This document shows, one piece after another, positions 13,845 through 26,579 of a stretch of DNA of 64,000 nucleotides. Made by a program: the position numbers and the translations under genes. The number at the start of each line of letters is the position of its first letter. Within the stretch, counting starts at the first letter, position 1. The stretch covers positions 62,001 through 126,000 of the forward strand of contig ADNK01000824.1 in assembly GCA_000320545.1 (NCBI GenBank). Reading direction: 5' to 3'. The notes beneath the pieces are model-generated. The model worked only from the letters and a program-made list of their open reading frames with translations. It was not told where the DNA came from and searched no databases. The stretch comes from Bigelowiella natans CCMP2755 (taxonomy: Eukaryota; Protista; Cercozoa).

Positions 13845-14885
13845 TAAATGCAGACACTCTTGTGGTCCTCCCACCACGAAAAGGTAGCAGAAGCTATGTT
13901 CATATCTTATACGTCTTTCAGTAGCTTACGATGGAGTGCTAGTCGCAGTAATAGTAGCAGTTTGCATGTGGTAGTAGTAGTAGTAGTAGTATTTGTAGTA
14001 GCAGTACTACCAACGCATGCCACCAGTAGTCCGACTTCGAAGGTGACTGCACGAGAGGAGGGAAGGGGGAGGGGAAGAGGGGGAAGAGGGGGGGGCAAGG
14101 AGGAGGACAGGCCATCAAAAGAACAAAATATGAATTGACGTACTGGGGAGCACGTGTTATCATCGTGTTATCATCTTGTTTGCTGGTTTTCTTATGTTTC
14201 CCCCTCCTCACGTATTCCATCTCGTTCGCTGACTTTCTTCTTCTTTCACCCCGCTCCCTCCCTCCCTCCCCCCCCCCCTCTCCTCCAACCTATCTAAGTT
14301 GTTACCGAGTAAGGTGGGTACCCGACAAGCAGGATGAACAGAATAACCCCGAGCGACCAGACATCTGTCTTCTGCGTGTACGGTATGCCGGATAGAACCT
14401 CGGGCGCCATGTAAGCTAATGTGCCAACCTGCGTTTCCATTCCCTTCTTGGGTGCTAGCCGTGAGAACCCAAAATCGGCGATCTTCACCACGAAGTCCTT
14501 GTCCTTAAACACAACGATAATTAACACGGAAGAGGGAGGGAGAGGGGTGGGGGAATCTTAATGAAATGGAATAACAAGTACATGTGCTTTTCTTTAATGC
14601 ATTGCTGATCGTAGTGATGATTGATTGCACGCACCAGCAAGATATTTTCGGGTTTGAGATCCCTGTGGGCGATACCCGCATTGTGGCATGCCGACAGCCC
14701 TTCCACCAAAGAGTGGAAAATCGTCCTTCCGACTATCTCAGAGAACTTGCCCGCGGACAGCAAATGGTCCATCAATTCTCCATTCATTGCGAGCTCCAAG
14801 CCCAGAACACAGGCCAATTTTGAGGAACCATTGGGCTGCGGCACCTGTTGTAATAAAGATGAAAACATGGTGGATGTAGGAGAGA

Positions 14886-14920
<35 letters not shown>

Positions 14921-15435
14921 CTTTGCTGATAATAGGGGTTGGCGCGGGGGAATTCACCTGACATTCGAAGTCCATAAACTTCAATTTGAGCACATTCTTG
15001 TGCGCTATGGTCTTTAACATTTTGTACTCGGTCTCAAACGCCCGAATTCTCTCTAAAAATGTGGGGGGGGCATGAGCAGGAGAGTTCGCTGGAAGTGCAG
15101 AAGTGGCTTGTTTCGTGGTGTGTTGTTATTTGTCTTTCATACTCTTCCTCTCGTCTTTATTGACGTCCAGATATATGATCTTGAGGGCTATTCGTTCCCC
15201 CGTCTTAGGGTCTAATCCGATCTGAATGCGGGGGAGGGGAGGAATCGAGTGATGTTTCCACCCATCCTTCCATCTATAAAGGCAATAGCGAGGCTGTGGA
15301 CACCACCACTACCACAAAGAACACGCTATGTGTACTGCAACGTGAATGAGGTAGCACCTTTGTTAGGCCCGTCGCACCCTTTCCCAGGGTTTTGCCAAGT
15401 ACGTACTTCCCGATCTTCAAGTTCTTGCCGGACAT
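11916..15435 (-). CDS. Ser/Thr protein kinase, CAMK/AMPK-related group, with C-terminal KA1-like domain
   Basis: MSGKNLKIGKYVLGKTLGKGATG, IALKII, HRDLKPENILL, KIADFGFSR, GTLAYMAPEV, DVWSLGVILF. The last exon SPKEGSVVVFRRLGGDWRDFGRGFARIRLRLQGE* resembles the KA1 terminal strand-helix. Confidence 0.92.
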
Positions 15436-16024
15436 GCTGACCAATAATGGAGTTGTTCGGTTTAGGCTGCTGCTACTGTCACGGGGTATGTGTGTATGTA
15501 TGTATGTATGTATGTATGCATGTATGGACGTAGCTCTCTCATCCTCCTCCCCACTCTCATTTGACGTACTCAAAAGTTATTCAGATGACTCAGGAGGACA
15601 GGCGAGTTGTGTTAGGTAGGATGCACACGTCACTCGTGGAGGATGGATCCGGCTCAAAAATCAGGCAATTTCGGTAAAGTTGAGCTTCTTACGCTAACTC
15701 TAATATCTTTCTAGTAATAATCTCGATTACGCAGGGAAGCCCTGTGCTGAACACCAGGGATTTCATATATATTGTGCACTAAGCAATTCCGGAATAAGAA
15801 ATCTCTTGTGCACTACAACCACCATCCTCGGCTACGTTGCCGGGGTTTGTCATTACCTCAGGCTCCGATGACCACTGGTCCTTTTCTCCTCACCAGCCGC
15901 CGAGGCGTGGGCAGATGCTCTCCTTCCTTTCTCGTCTGTTTCAGGTGGAATGCCACCTGGATCCATGAAGGAGGGGTTCGGTCAGATGTGGAAATTTCGA
16001 TGACAATTTGTACCGGCGAATTAC

Positions 16025-16062
16025 AGGAAATCCTAGGAAATCCTAGGAAATCCTGGGAAATC
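16025..16062 (+). repeat. Tandem 10-bp repeat (AGGAAATCCT) x about 3.8
   Basis: aggaaatcct aggaaatcct aggaaatcct gggaaatc, upstream of the hydrolase core. Confidence 0.8.
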
Positions 16063-16673
16063 ATTACCGTACGACTACCAATACCCGATGTCGTTGCCGG
16101 AAAACAGGTGGCACTCCTCGGGAGCGCATTCTTGGAACGAATCTTCTGTTCTATGATACGAGTACTTAAAATACGTATGCTCATTATGCATGTCGTAGGG
16201 ATGAAAAGGGGCCTCTTTCTCAATTTTCGATGTCCATGCCATGTGTTGGTGAAAACTAGCGGAAAGCCCACCTTTGTTTTTCTCTTGTGCCGACGGTACA
16301 GGAGGAAACTCCCGACATTTTGGTCAAAATTGGTGGAAAGGATGCCATATTGGTACTGCGACAAGGTAAGTATCGCATGAATCCTTCTCCTGAAAAGAAC
16401 AGCCTCCTCAATCTCCAAGAAAAGCACAAAAGAAAGGAAAATGGGGACCTGCATGCCTAGGTCCGTGCACACGCCTTGCTCCCTCATTTTACTCCGTTTC
16501 GAAGCCGAATCGCCATTCCGATAGTGTTGAGGATGTGATCCTTTGAAATACCGAAGGATTCTTTTCTTCCTCCTCACCAGTTGTTATTCCCAAAAGTGCA
16601 CGTCGACAGCTACGTCGGCCCCCCCTTCATGTTCTCAAAGCTTCAACTCAAACTATTCTGTGTTATTGCGCAG

Positions 16674-16916
16674 GAAAATTCAACAGTCTGCGAAGGATTT
16701 GATACCACAGGATCGCCTTCGTGAGGCGCTGAAAAGACATATGGTTCCTGGCGTCTCCCTAGCGTGGTTTCGGGATGGTAAACTCTGGACTCAAGCTGCG
16801 GGGGCAGCGGTCACAGGTGTTGCCCCTTTCTCGTGCTAACCCGTAGTATATTGATTTTATTGAAAGAGCTAACAGCTGTGTTGTTCTCTCCTATTTCTTT
16901 TTACTGTGCGGAATTG

Positions 16917-16950
<34 letters not shown>

Positions 16951-17466
16951 CGGGTACAGAGGGTGCAGCAAGTGCCCCAGCAAAGAAGCTAATGACAGAT
17001 AAGACATTCCTCGAGGTTTGTACCAGCAATAGATCGTAGATGTATAAAAATAGGGGGAGCGGGTATGAGTTTATTTGGATCGATGTGTTGTGTCGTTGTG
17101 CAGCTTGGAACAGGGATTACATGCCCTATCTGATTGTCAATGGGGTTTCCAGCAAAATTAACTAAATAAATTTCCTTAGATTGCATCTCTCAGCAAGACT
17201 GTGGCCTCTGCCTTCTGCATCGAGTTAGTAGTAGTTTTGCTCGTCATTATAATTCAATTTTATGCTCAACCAAGTGTGAAGATGTGTTTGTGGTGTGTGC
17301 GTGTATGTGTGTGTATGTGTGCATAAACAACTATTTTTGCACATTTAATTGTGTGTCTACCCTTGTCCGATATTCTTCCCATCTGCCAAATTGTTGTTCA
17401 GGTATTTCAATTCAAAGAGCATCAAGCTCGACAAACCAGTCAATGAGCTTCTTACGGTGCGAAGTA

Positions 17467-17497
<31 letters not shown>

Positions 17498-17982
17498 TAC
17501 AACAACGATGGCAAGACAGAAAATGGGGCGGGGAGGGAATAGCCATTCGAGAAAAGAGGAATTAGCTACGACGACATACATTTAGTATGGACTCTCATAT
17601 CAAGATCAAAAGATGCGTATTAACATAGGAACTGAAGGCCGACTTCAAACTCGTGGCAAAGGCAGGAGCACCGAAGGAATGGGCGGGGGTATGTAACGAA
17701 TGAATCAATCACAGAACAAGAAGCAGGAAAGAAGTGGAAGAAGACGATTGTGCATATCAAGTTGCTCTTCCTTATTACTCTATGAAAGTGCAGCTGCTGG
17801 TTCTAATGTTTTTTGATCAACAATGCTTATTCGGTGTTTGTTTCCTCCCCCCCCCCTCCTCCTCCTCCTCCTCCTCCTCCTCCTCCTTCACTCTTTGTTT
17901 TCTTTCTGTCAACTTCCCAAATGCTAGCGAGTGTTGCTCTCTCATCTGATGGATCACACCGGCCTTGGTATCTATTATGATA

Positions 17983-18077
<95 letters not shown>

Positions 18078-18503
18078 TTTCAATGACACACACACACACA
18101 CACATGCGCGTATACCAACATAAGGTATAACTTTATGTTTCCTCTCTTATTCTCTTTCCTCTTTCCCTCTTCTGCTGTTACTGACTAACTACTTGACACT
18201 GAATAATGATGATGATGGTGGTGATGGTGGTGGTGATGGTGGTGGCGGTGATGGCGATGATGATCAAATCAGGCATGCACTACGTCTACGGAATTCCCCT
18301 CAAAGATCCAATGCCAAAGTTAGTGCGATATTTAGTATTATTATCAAAACATCACTTACTAGCTACAGCACAGCACACACGTGGCATTCCTTCCTCCATC
18401 TGCTTGATTAATTAGTAGCGACAACACCAACAGAAGAACCTCTATGATCTCAACTAAATCACTCAGGATGTTTTCCTTTGATTTTCCCATTTTCTCTTTC
18501 TCT

Positions 18504-18546
<43 letters not shown>

Positions 18547-18615
18547 CTGTGTATTATTTGTGTGTGTGGTATGTATGCGGTGCTTCGCTAAAAGGCCCAT
18601 CGACTTGATGACAGG

Positions 18616-18656
<41 letters not shown>

Positions 18657-18964
18657 GTATATATGTTATTTGTCGCGTATATGCCTGTCTTCTTTCTTCT
18701 TTGCTATTTATGTATGTGTATGTGTATGTGTATGTGTGTGTGTGTGTGTGTTTGGTAATGCGATTTCAAACGTATTTGTGAAATATTAGAAAGGATATCT
18801 GTAGAGAAGCTGTGCGTGCTATTTTTGTGCATGTTTCGAGGCAGCTCCCTCTCCCTCTCCTCCTCCTACATCATCGTCGTCATTGTCGTCAGGGAACAAG
18901 AAATATGGCTATCCGGTGCTGGAAGTGGAGAAGGAACCGGGAACTAGATTCAAGTAGAACATAT

Positions 18965-18996
<32 letters not shown>

Positions 18997-19080
18997 GAGG
19001 AGGAGGAGGAGGAGGAGGAATTGGGAAAGAGATAATGCCATCTTGTTGATTATGAAGATTAAGCTTACGCGTACACACGC

Positions 19081-19120
<40 letters not shown>

Positions 19121-21614
19121 TCATACAAGCGAGAGAGTCTCAACGTCATCATCATCGTTATCGTCATCATCATCAATATTTCCGTCGTCATCATCATCAC
19201 CCTCCATATCTATTAATCAGCTATTCTGGGGGAGGGTTCATAATGCTCCAGTACATCATAGAGGTAAATCGTTGTCTGTTGTGTGTGTGTGTGTGCGTGC
19301 GTGTGCGTGCGTGTGCTACTACGATGTGATGAGGGGAGAAGGAAGGGGGGGAGGGGTGCTATGGGAATGAGAATGATCCGATATCTTAGGCGTCTATCAT
19401 CTATACTGTAATTTGTGATTCATAATTGTTATGTACACTTGTACAGATACATGTGTACAGCATATGTGTATTTCAATGTGTTTTTATGAAACACAAATGC
19501 TTACTGCTCATGTCTGAAAAATGATGTGACTTTTCTCCACAGCTGATGGAGATGCGCCCTGTAGAGGAAGTCATGAAGCCTTTCATTGAAAAATGCGAAA
19601 TGGATCAGTTCAGGTGATGCAGATGGGAAAAAAAAAAAAGGAAGGGGGGGGGTGGTAGAACCAATAAATAGAAAATTAAAAAGCAAACGTGAAGAGGAAC
19701 ACAAAGTATCTTTACGTCTACCGCGATAGACGTTCCTTCTGCGTCACGTGAAAGCAAACGCTGCAAATTGAAATCATTCCCAAATGGCAATTTGTAGCTG
19801 CAGAAACGAAAGAGTGTATGTATGAATGCCAGAGCAGTAGCCAAAAACAACAACAACAACAACAACAAGGCCAGTTGGGAACACGGCGCCTAATGAGTGA
19901 GAGAATCTTATGCGAAAAACAAATCATATTAGTGTCACGTGCGCGACTGTGAGCGGCAAGGATTATGCGATTGGCTATCTGGATGACAACAAACAAGTTG
20001 AAGGTATTTTTATTGTTATCATATTTTATGTGATGAAGATGATGATGTTGGTGATGATAGCAGGAACTTGGATGCTGATGTAGTTTTGCAGCTATCCGCC
20101 GTGCTCCATATATACGTTACTGATGTCTATCTCCCCTCCTCCTCCTCCTCCTCCTCCTCCTCCTCCTCCTCATACAATCCATCCATCAGGTGATCGATTG
20201 ATGTTTCCTCCATACGCGGCTGGAATGATGGGAAGCCCTGGTACAGAGGCGGTGAAGGGGGGAGGGGGGGGCGGACAGATGGAGAGAGAATGAGAGAGAG
20301 GGAGGCCCGATGTGAAGTGGCAGTATTTAATCATGCGAAAGTATTTCACTACAAGATACAGATTTGATGATGTTGCTCCCCTTCCACCCTTCTCCTTTTC
20401 ATCAGCGTCGCTAGCAAAGTTTTTAATGAAGCTTGGGCAAGCATACAAGGTATCATCATCATCATCATCATCATTATCATCGTATTATTATTATTATTAG
20501 CACCACTTATTTCCTGCCTGAAGCGGCATTTTTATTGTCCGTTCATCATCATCGTCATCATCATCATCATCGTCGTCGTCATCATCGTCGTCATCATCGT
20601 CGTCGTCGTCGCCAAACCTTCCTCCTCAGGATCCCGACTGTGGAGGCCCGATCTCCCACGAAACGGCAAAGCAAATGCTAAACACAGCAAGCGATAAAGG
20701 CAGCCAGGTAGCTATGGATGATGTGCGGTATGGGTTGGGTTGATTCCGATTGCTGCTCTATGATAAGAATGATCACTTGCGTCGTTCGGCCCCTCACAAT
20801 TTTTGCAGAAATTCATGGGGGCTGGCATGGGATTGGGCGTCTTCGTGGCCAAGGTACGGTGCCTCCCGCTCCCATCGTGTAAGTTGTTCCACGCATGTGC
20901 ACATCAGTGTATACTAGAAGAAATGTCGCACATAATTAGGCTGGTGAGAACTCGATCGCCCTCCACCAAGCCGCAAATGACGGTAACAAGTAACGTTTGA
21001 AGGATTAATAATACAATACAACACGCTACTTGGCGGTTGCAAACAGGAGATATGATATGTCGATGTGTGAAGCATATTTGTGCTGTTACCTGTTTGTTTG
21101 TGGTCCTCCTCCTCCTCCTCCTCCTCTTCCTCTTCCTCTTCCTCACTATTGCTCATGCTGGTGATGGCATTGATCGTCATTGTCCTTAGCTCATGAATAA
21201 ACTAACTGAATTCTCCTTTTCCCTACTAGGCTTCCGAGGGTTATATCTCATGGCTTTTGATGGTCCGGATGCAAAGAAAGGGCCTACCGGCTTCGTGCTC
21301 TTATGGTCAGTTTCGTTGCTTAACACTGCTCTCTATCGTCGATCTTATCATCATCATCATCATCATTATCATCATCATCACCATCGACAACAACAACAAC
21401 AACAACAACAACAACATCGTTCTACTGCGAACTCCTACAACTGAACTTCTGCATGTGAATAACGTAACGAATCAGCAACGGCAATAACAATGGGATGTTC
21501 CTCAACTGTGAGGTTTCACGCTTGGCCCTCGAAAGCCTTGACCTCCATGGCGTCGACTTCTCCCGCGTGGACGGCGAAGCAAAAGGTGGGGATTGGGAGA
21601 ACGAAAACAACGTC

Positions 21615-21645
<31 letters not shown>

Positions 21646-21808
21646 GCGAGTTTTATGATACGATTGGTGGTGGTAGCGGTAAAAAGTAGTTGGAGTGAAA
21701 CGGTGTACTCTTGTAGGCAAAGGAGAATTCTCGATCAAAAATATAAAGCAGGAAGAAATTGTAAACCGGGGCCTGAAAGAAATGGTGTTTGATGCTTTTG
21801 TGCAATAA
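16674..21808 (+). CDS. Beta-lactamase class C/AmpC-like serine hydrolase with many introns; further 5' exons possible from about 15900
   Basis: Exons give VPGVSLA, IASLSKTVAS (SxxK), YFNSKSIKLDKPVN, EPGTRFK|YSGGGFIMLQYIIE, GMGLGVFV, ALHQAANDG|FRGLYL, and a final exon GEFSIKNIKQEEIVNRGLKEMVFDAFVQ*. Confidence 0.85.
17985..18103. repeat. Long intronic (CT)n plus (CA)n microsatellite, representative of dozens in the window
   Basis: About 90 bp of near-pure CT repeat followed by a CA repeat inside a hydrolase intron. Confidence 0.95.
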
Positions 21809-22682
21809 CTTTGCGTGTATAACAAGCAGAGCGAATCGAATAAGTGCGAACGCCCAAGAAACAAATTTTCCTACAAGCTTGTATAATAATAGCTATCGAA
21901 TGTATGCATAGACATAATCAATTAGATATATTGCTTGCGCATTTTGATGCTAGCAAAGTGGGATCAGATCCCCACATTTGACGTGTGATATAGCATCATG
22001 TTCATGCACGCGGTTGTGACGAGATTGTATGCGCACAATCAAAAGGTAAATATTGCGTGCGTGCGCAGATTGCATAGAACGGCTGTGAACATCGGTTTGT
22101 AGTCATTTGTTTGTGTGTGTAAGCGTGCACATACACATACATTCATTGTCTAGCTTGTGTGCAAATAGTTTCCGTATTATTGGCGGCAGCAATGAGTGTG
22201 CATGTGCTCATGCTAGCATGCACTGTGCTCATTGCAAGGCTAGAAGGCAAGCAGCAAGGTGGCAAGTAAGGAATGAGCTACCAGCCACATGTACTAATGT
22301 AAAGGCAAAACTTGTTGATCCAATCAAGAGAATCATCTTGTCACGCAGCTAGTCAGCTTGCGGCCATGCGTTGCAGTACGCTTCAAGCGAGATTTTAAGG
22401 CGTCACATAGCTGTCATCATGAAAACCAAAGCTAAGCGTATTGCTCAATCCTCCAACTTAGCGACAGCGACGCGATTCAGTCGTAAACGAAGCGCCATCA
22501 TGTCATTGTTCTACACGCAATATTTTCATTACTTGGCAACAGCACGTCTAACACTGTTCATTAATGTGGCGTAGCTGATTTTAGACATTTGTGATTACCA
22601 TCCTGGTAAAGACCCCTCATAGTGTTACGCACAAAGACTTGGACACAACTAGATTAATGGAGGGTATTGCCACTACACTGTG

Positions 22683-23720
22683 TTATTTGCTGTTGTCCTG
22701 CATGTCTAGAAAGCGATCTACTTCTCCAGGTCGCGGCATTCTGCACGAATCTCGCTTACCAAACAATCGGTAACGATTTTTCCCGATATAATCATACAAA
22801 GCATCACGGATCACAGAGGGGATAAGCTGTGCTAGTGCCGCCAGCCAAGGAAAAGGCCACCGCAGTCCAGACCCAATCGCAATGGCAGCGGAACTCCGTG
22901 TAAGAGGGAGAGCTGCAGATGGACCATCACCGGCAGGAATGAGAAGTACGGAATCAAGATTATTGACGAGATGGGGGCATCCCCTCTCTTGGAGAAGAGC
23001 TTGGGCGGGTTGCGACTGTGCGGGTGCGAAGTGGAACAACGGCGGATCCCTTGTGTCATGCTGAAGTATGAAGTCAACTGAAGCGTTGCAGAGCGAGCAC
23101 ACCCCGTCGAAAACAACGACGTGGTGCAATAGGCGATCCGCTGAGGCTCGAAGGGGATGCGTGGGAGGAGCTGAGTCGGGGACAAGGCGGAGTCCTCCTG
23201 AATACGATACGAACGGCACCCCAAACAGGGAGGACGAAACATGGAGATCCCAGCCTTGTGAATCATCATGAGGGGACATACTGCTTGCAACAGACACAAT
23301 AGCACTAGTAGGCAACGGAATCCATCCGAATAGATACGTAGCGTTGTGCTCCAACGCTAACACTTGTCGACCAGTCGTGCGGTCGTAGTACTGTTTTTCC
23401 GTCTGCTGGAATCCCAGCGGGCCAAACATTTCTGTGCCAACCCCTTCACCGGCCGTTGCTTCTTGCTTCCACCGCGACTTGACGAATTTTCCGTTGAATG
23501 AGCGCAACCATTCCCCATCCTTACCGGCTCTTACCGCGACAGGGGACGGCAAAGCACCCTCGGGCGTTGCGGGAGGCACTAAGCCAGCCTTAGACGCACC
23601 ATAGGCTAACAATTTGTTGTGATGCTCAACTCTAAGAGAACCCACCACCACAGCAGCCCCGCTTCCTACGCCTCGAAGGAACGATCGAATTGTTTCAATT
23701 CCGCTGGGTAGGGGAGGCAT
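22683..23720 (-). CDS. DUF4166-like + DCC1/DUF393 thiol-disulfide oxidoreductase fusion, intronless (alternative start at 23870)
   Basis: The C half VVVFDGVCSLCNASVDFI...FAPAQS...RSSAAI...IRDALYDYIGKNRYRLFGKRDSC is DCC family. The N half EWLRSFNG...EMFGPLGF...GWIPLP...FGVPFVSYSGGL is DUF4166-like. Confidence 0.85.
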   Translation of the reverse strand: MPPLPSGIETIRSFLRGVGSGAAVVVGSLRVEHHNKLLAYGASKAGLVPPATPEGALPSPVAVRAGKDGEWLRSFNGKFVKSRWKQEATAGEGVGTEMFGPLGFQQTEKQYYDRTTGRQVLALEHNATYLFGWIPLPTSAIVSVASSMSPHDDSQGWDLHVSSSLFGVPFVSYSGGLRLVPDSAPPTHPLRASADRLLHHVVVFDGVCSLCNASVDFILQHDTRDPPLFHFAPAQSQPAQALLQERGCPHLVNNLDSVLLIPAGDGPSAALPLTRSSAAIAIGSGLRWPFPWLAALAQLIPSVIRDALYDYIGKNRYRLFGKRDSCRMPRPGEVDRFLDMQDNSK

Positions 23721-23907
23721 CTGAATCGCGTCGATTGGAACGGATCGTCTACACTTCGAGCAACACGAACAAGAAAAGCATTCCCGCCATTTGTGGATGT
23801 TATGTGCGAAATTCATGGGTGATTCACCTTGCGACACGCAACAATTCCTTGTCGCAGGACAAAAAGGCATATCGTGCTGTCTCTTCGAACTGGATCTACT
23901 CCTCACG

Positions 23908-24464
23908 ATGCAAGACCTTCTTCACTTCCGTGAACAAAGGCAGAGGCAGGAGAAGACCCTCGTGTGCTTTGTGAAGGCGCTGGTTGGAAGCAGGGTCGAC
24001 TTTGAATTGCGTGGCGGTGCCATCGTACGTGGAGTTTTGGAAAGCGTGGACGCGATGATGAAGTGAGTGAACTTTTTTCTTATCTTATCATTTCGAATAT
24101 GATTGCTGCTTCCTATCTGATTTATTTTCAAACAGCTGTAAATTAATCAAGGTCCGATGGAAGAAGAAGGTTGTATTTGTAGGGTTGTACTTCTAATATT
24201 CAGCGATGAAATCAATATCCACAATTTCTAATTTGTGTTATTCTCAAGGGACAAACTGCGAAATATGCCGAGTACTCGCACATTCCTGGACGACAAATTG
24301 TGTACATTCACATTCCCGACGAGATCGACGTCAGCAAGAAGCTTGATTCATTTGTAATATCTTAAAGTCCAGATTATTCAAATTACCGATGATCATTAAC
24401 TTAAGTTCTGATCTCAGTTCTCAAGATGACAAGGGCTCGTTTTTTCTTGGAAACTTCGAAGTAA
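23908..24464 (+). CDS. LSM10: U7 snRNP-specific Sm-like protein LSm10
   Basis: EKTLVCFVKALVGSRVDFELRGGAIVRGVLESVDAMMN (Sm1) and GRQIVYIHIPDEIDV (Sm2) fit the LSm10 pattern better than SmD1 or LSm2. The last exon is uncertain. Confidence 0.8.
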
Positions 24465-25638
24465 GATAAAAGCATCAGTCGTCCAAATTACTGAATGTAT
24501 TTACAACATTCCTGCTGCTTTAGAGTGTATATAATCAACGAGATAGGTGCTCTTATTCTGGCAATATTAATATTGGTCGCCGCCGAGCTACCTTAATATG
24601 GGCGCACGCGAATTATTACATTATCGTCGTGCATTATTGTAATCGATGATATAATGATTACTGCGATATAGTTTTGAAACAATGATCATTTGACACACGA
24701 TGTATAAACTATTGTACAACATGAGATGCAATTTCCAACATCATTGTAAGCATGCAGGGTGTAGCTGCATCACACGATGCTCGAATACTAAATTAAATAA
24801 CACATATACCCTCCTTTGCCCCTCCCCATATGTATATGCTAGCATGTATCATTTGATTGATATAGGTTACATAGATTATAAGATTAATATACAAAGATGA
24901 ATGCCCCTACGCATACATACATGCAACTTAGCGTATGAAACGGACGTGCGATGCCATGCATGTAATGAATCGATCGAACATACGAAGATGGATGTATACC
25001 TGCACTAGCATCACTTTACGCATCGTGTTATAGTGTCAAGCATGGCAGCAGCATTTACAAGAATGTGCAGCATTTACTTATGTGCTAGTTTAGTCGATCA
25101 ATACATGCTAGTATGCATGACGATGCATGACATCGAGAGCGCTACGTGTTGCGGACATAGCATCATCATGTGTCACAATTATCACAATCGTCGTGGCGGT
25201 GCACACGTACTTACGTCGCGTGCTGTCGATGATTGTTTATAGCGCATATGATCGAGTATGTTGAGAGCATCTTTTCTCCCTTTTTCCACTCATGCATAAA
25301 ACCACAATTAACGCACACACACACACATACAATAAATCGCACCCACATGATATGTTAATTTATTGTGTCCCTGTTTGTTGTGCTGTATGTGCTATGTGTG
25401 TATTTGTGCGTGTATGTGTCTGTGTGTGTGTGTTTGCTAGCTTGTGTAAATATGTTTGATCAAGTCAAGCACTCTCTGCATAGTTTTTTATGTTGTTTCG
25501 TAACAATTTACATCTTTCATAGAGGAACAAATGTTAAGAAATAATGACTATGCCACAGGACTTTCCTGCCTAATTCCATCGGCCTACCCATGACCCCCTA
25601 ATCTTGGTTCGACTAGTACACGATTTTAAACTATGGTC

Positions 25639-26579
25639 TTAAACGTACTCCTTAGCGTTAAGAGCAGAAAGATCTAATTGTATCCCAGGACCCATTGTGG
25701 AAGTGAGATACACAGATTTCCAGTACTGTTTCTTAATGTCAGTTGGTTTGTTTGCGTCGATGGTGTCCTGAATCGCGCGCAAGTTCTGCAGTAGCGCCTC
25801 ATCGTCGAAGGTAGCCTTTCCGAATGGCATGTGAACAACTCCCTTCTTGTCCGCTCTCAGTTCCAATCTTCCAGCCTTGATTTCCTGGAAATAAAACAAT
25901 TTCAGTACATACTAATGTGGTTGTGTCGAGTTTCGAATCTCACCTTTAGCGTGGTAGGTACATCGGTAGTAACCGTTCCAGATTTGATGGAAGGCATAAG
26001 ACCTTTTGGACCAAGGACTCTTCCGAGACGAGCTATCTGAGGCATCATGTCTGGAGTGGTAATGAGACGTTCAAAGTCGAGGTTGCCTTTGTTAATGTCA
26101 TCAATTAGATCTTGGAATCCAGCGATGTCAGCACCGGCTGCCTTGTATTCCTTGGCATCTTCATCCTTACATAAAACAGCAACCTTCACAGATTTTCCCG
26201 TTCCGTTTGGAAGTACGACCGTAGTCCTCAAGTTTTGAGTGGCTTTACGAGGATCGATGTTAAGATCCGCATGCACTTCCATCGTTTCTGCGAATTTAGC
26301 GCTTGCAAGCTGTTTCAAGAGCTGAATTGCTTCCATAGTTTTGTATGGTTTCTGTTCGACCTTTTCCTTGATCTCTCTGAAACGACGAGACGGTTTGCGT
26401 GCGTATATTTGCGAGCGCGTCGAAGGGGTGGTACCGCAGCTTGTGAATTGCGGTCTAACTGTCAGTGCAGCTCCCACATTTCCTGCGTTCGATCGTCCAT
26501 ATATTGAAGTTACGCAAACTAGGGCCGCAGATGCCAGGGCAATGAAAGCAATAGCGGCATGACTATTTGTCGTTCTCAT
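25639..26579 (-). CDS. rpl1: Plastid 50S ribosomal protein L1 (uL1c), nucleus-encoded with bipartite leader
   Basis: MRTTNSHAAIAFIALASAALVCV signal plus transit peptide; AKFAETMEVH, LRTTVVLPNGTGK, RLGRVLGPKGLMP, KAGRLELRADK, YWKSVYLTSTMGPG. One 59-nt intron at 25885-25943. Confidence 0.96.

Noticed and set aside
15858-16577. 239-aa minus-strand ORF and overlapping 202-aa plus-strand ORF
   Set aside because: No domain features. Better explained by promoter sequence or unphased 5' exons of the hydrolase.
17800-19220. Many short ORFs with poly-ER, poly-YI, poly-CV or poly-H tracts (here and throughout the window)
   Set aside because: These are translations of intronic microsatellites. No CRISPR array, tRNA, rRNA or transposase was recognised in the window.
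21600-21689. Poly-Asp C-terminal tail on the hydrolase
   Set aside because: It is a (GAT)n intronic microsatellite. A downstream in-phase exon gives a protein-like C-terminus.
24004-24018. ELRGG in LSM10 as another LRGG leader motif
   Set aside because: It falls within the Sm1 beta-turn and there is no signal peptide, so it is coincidental.
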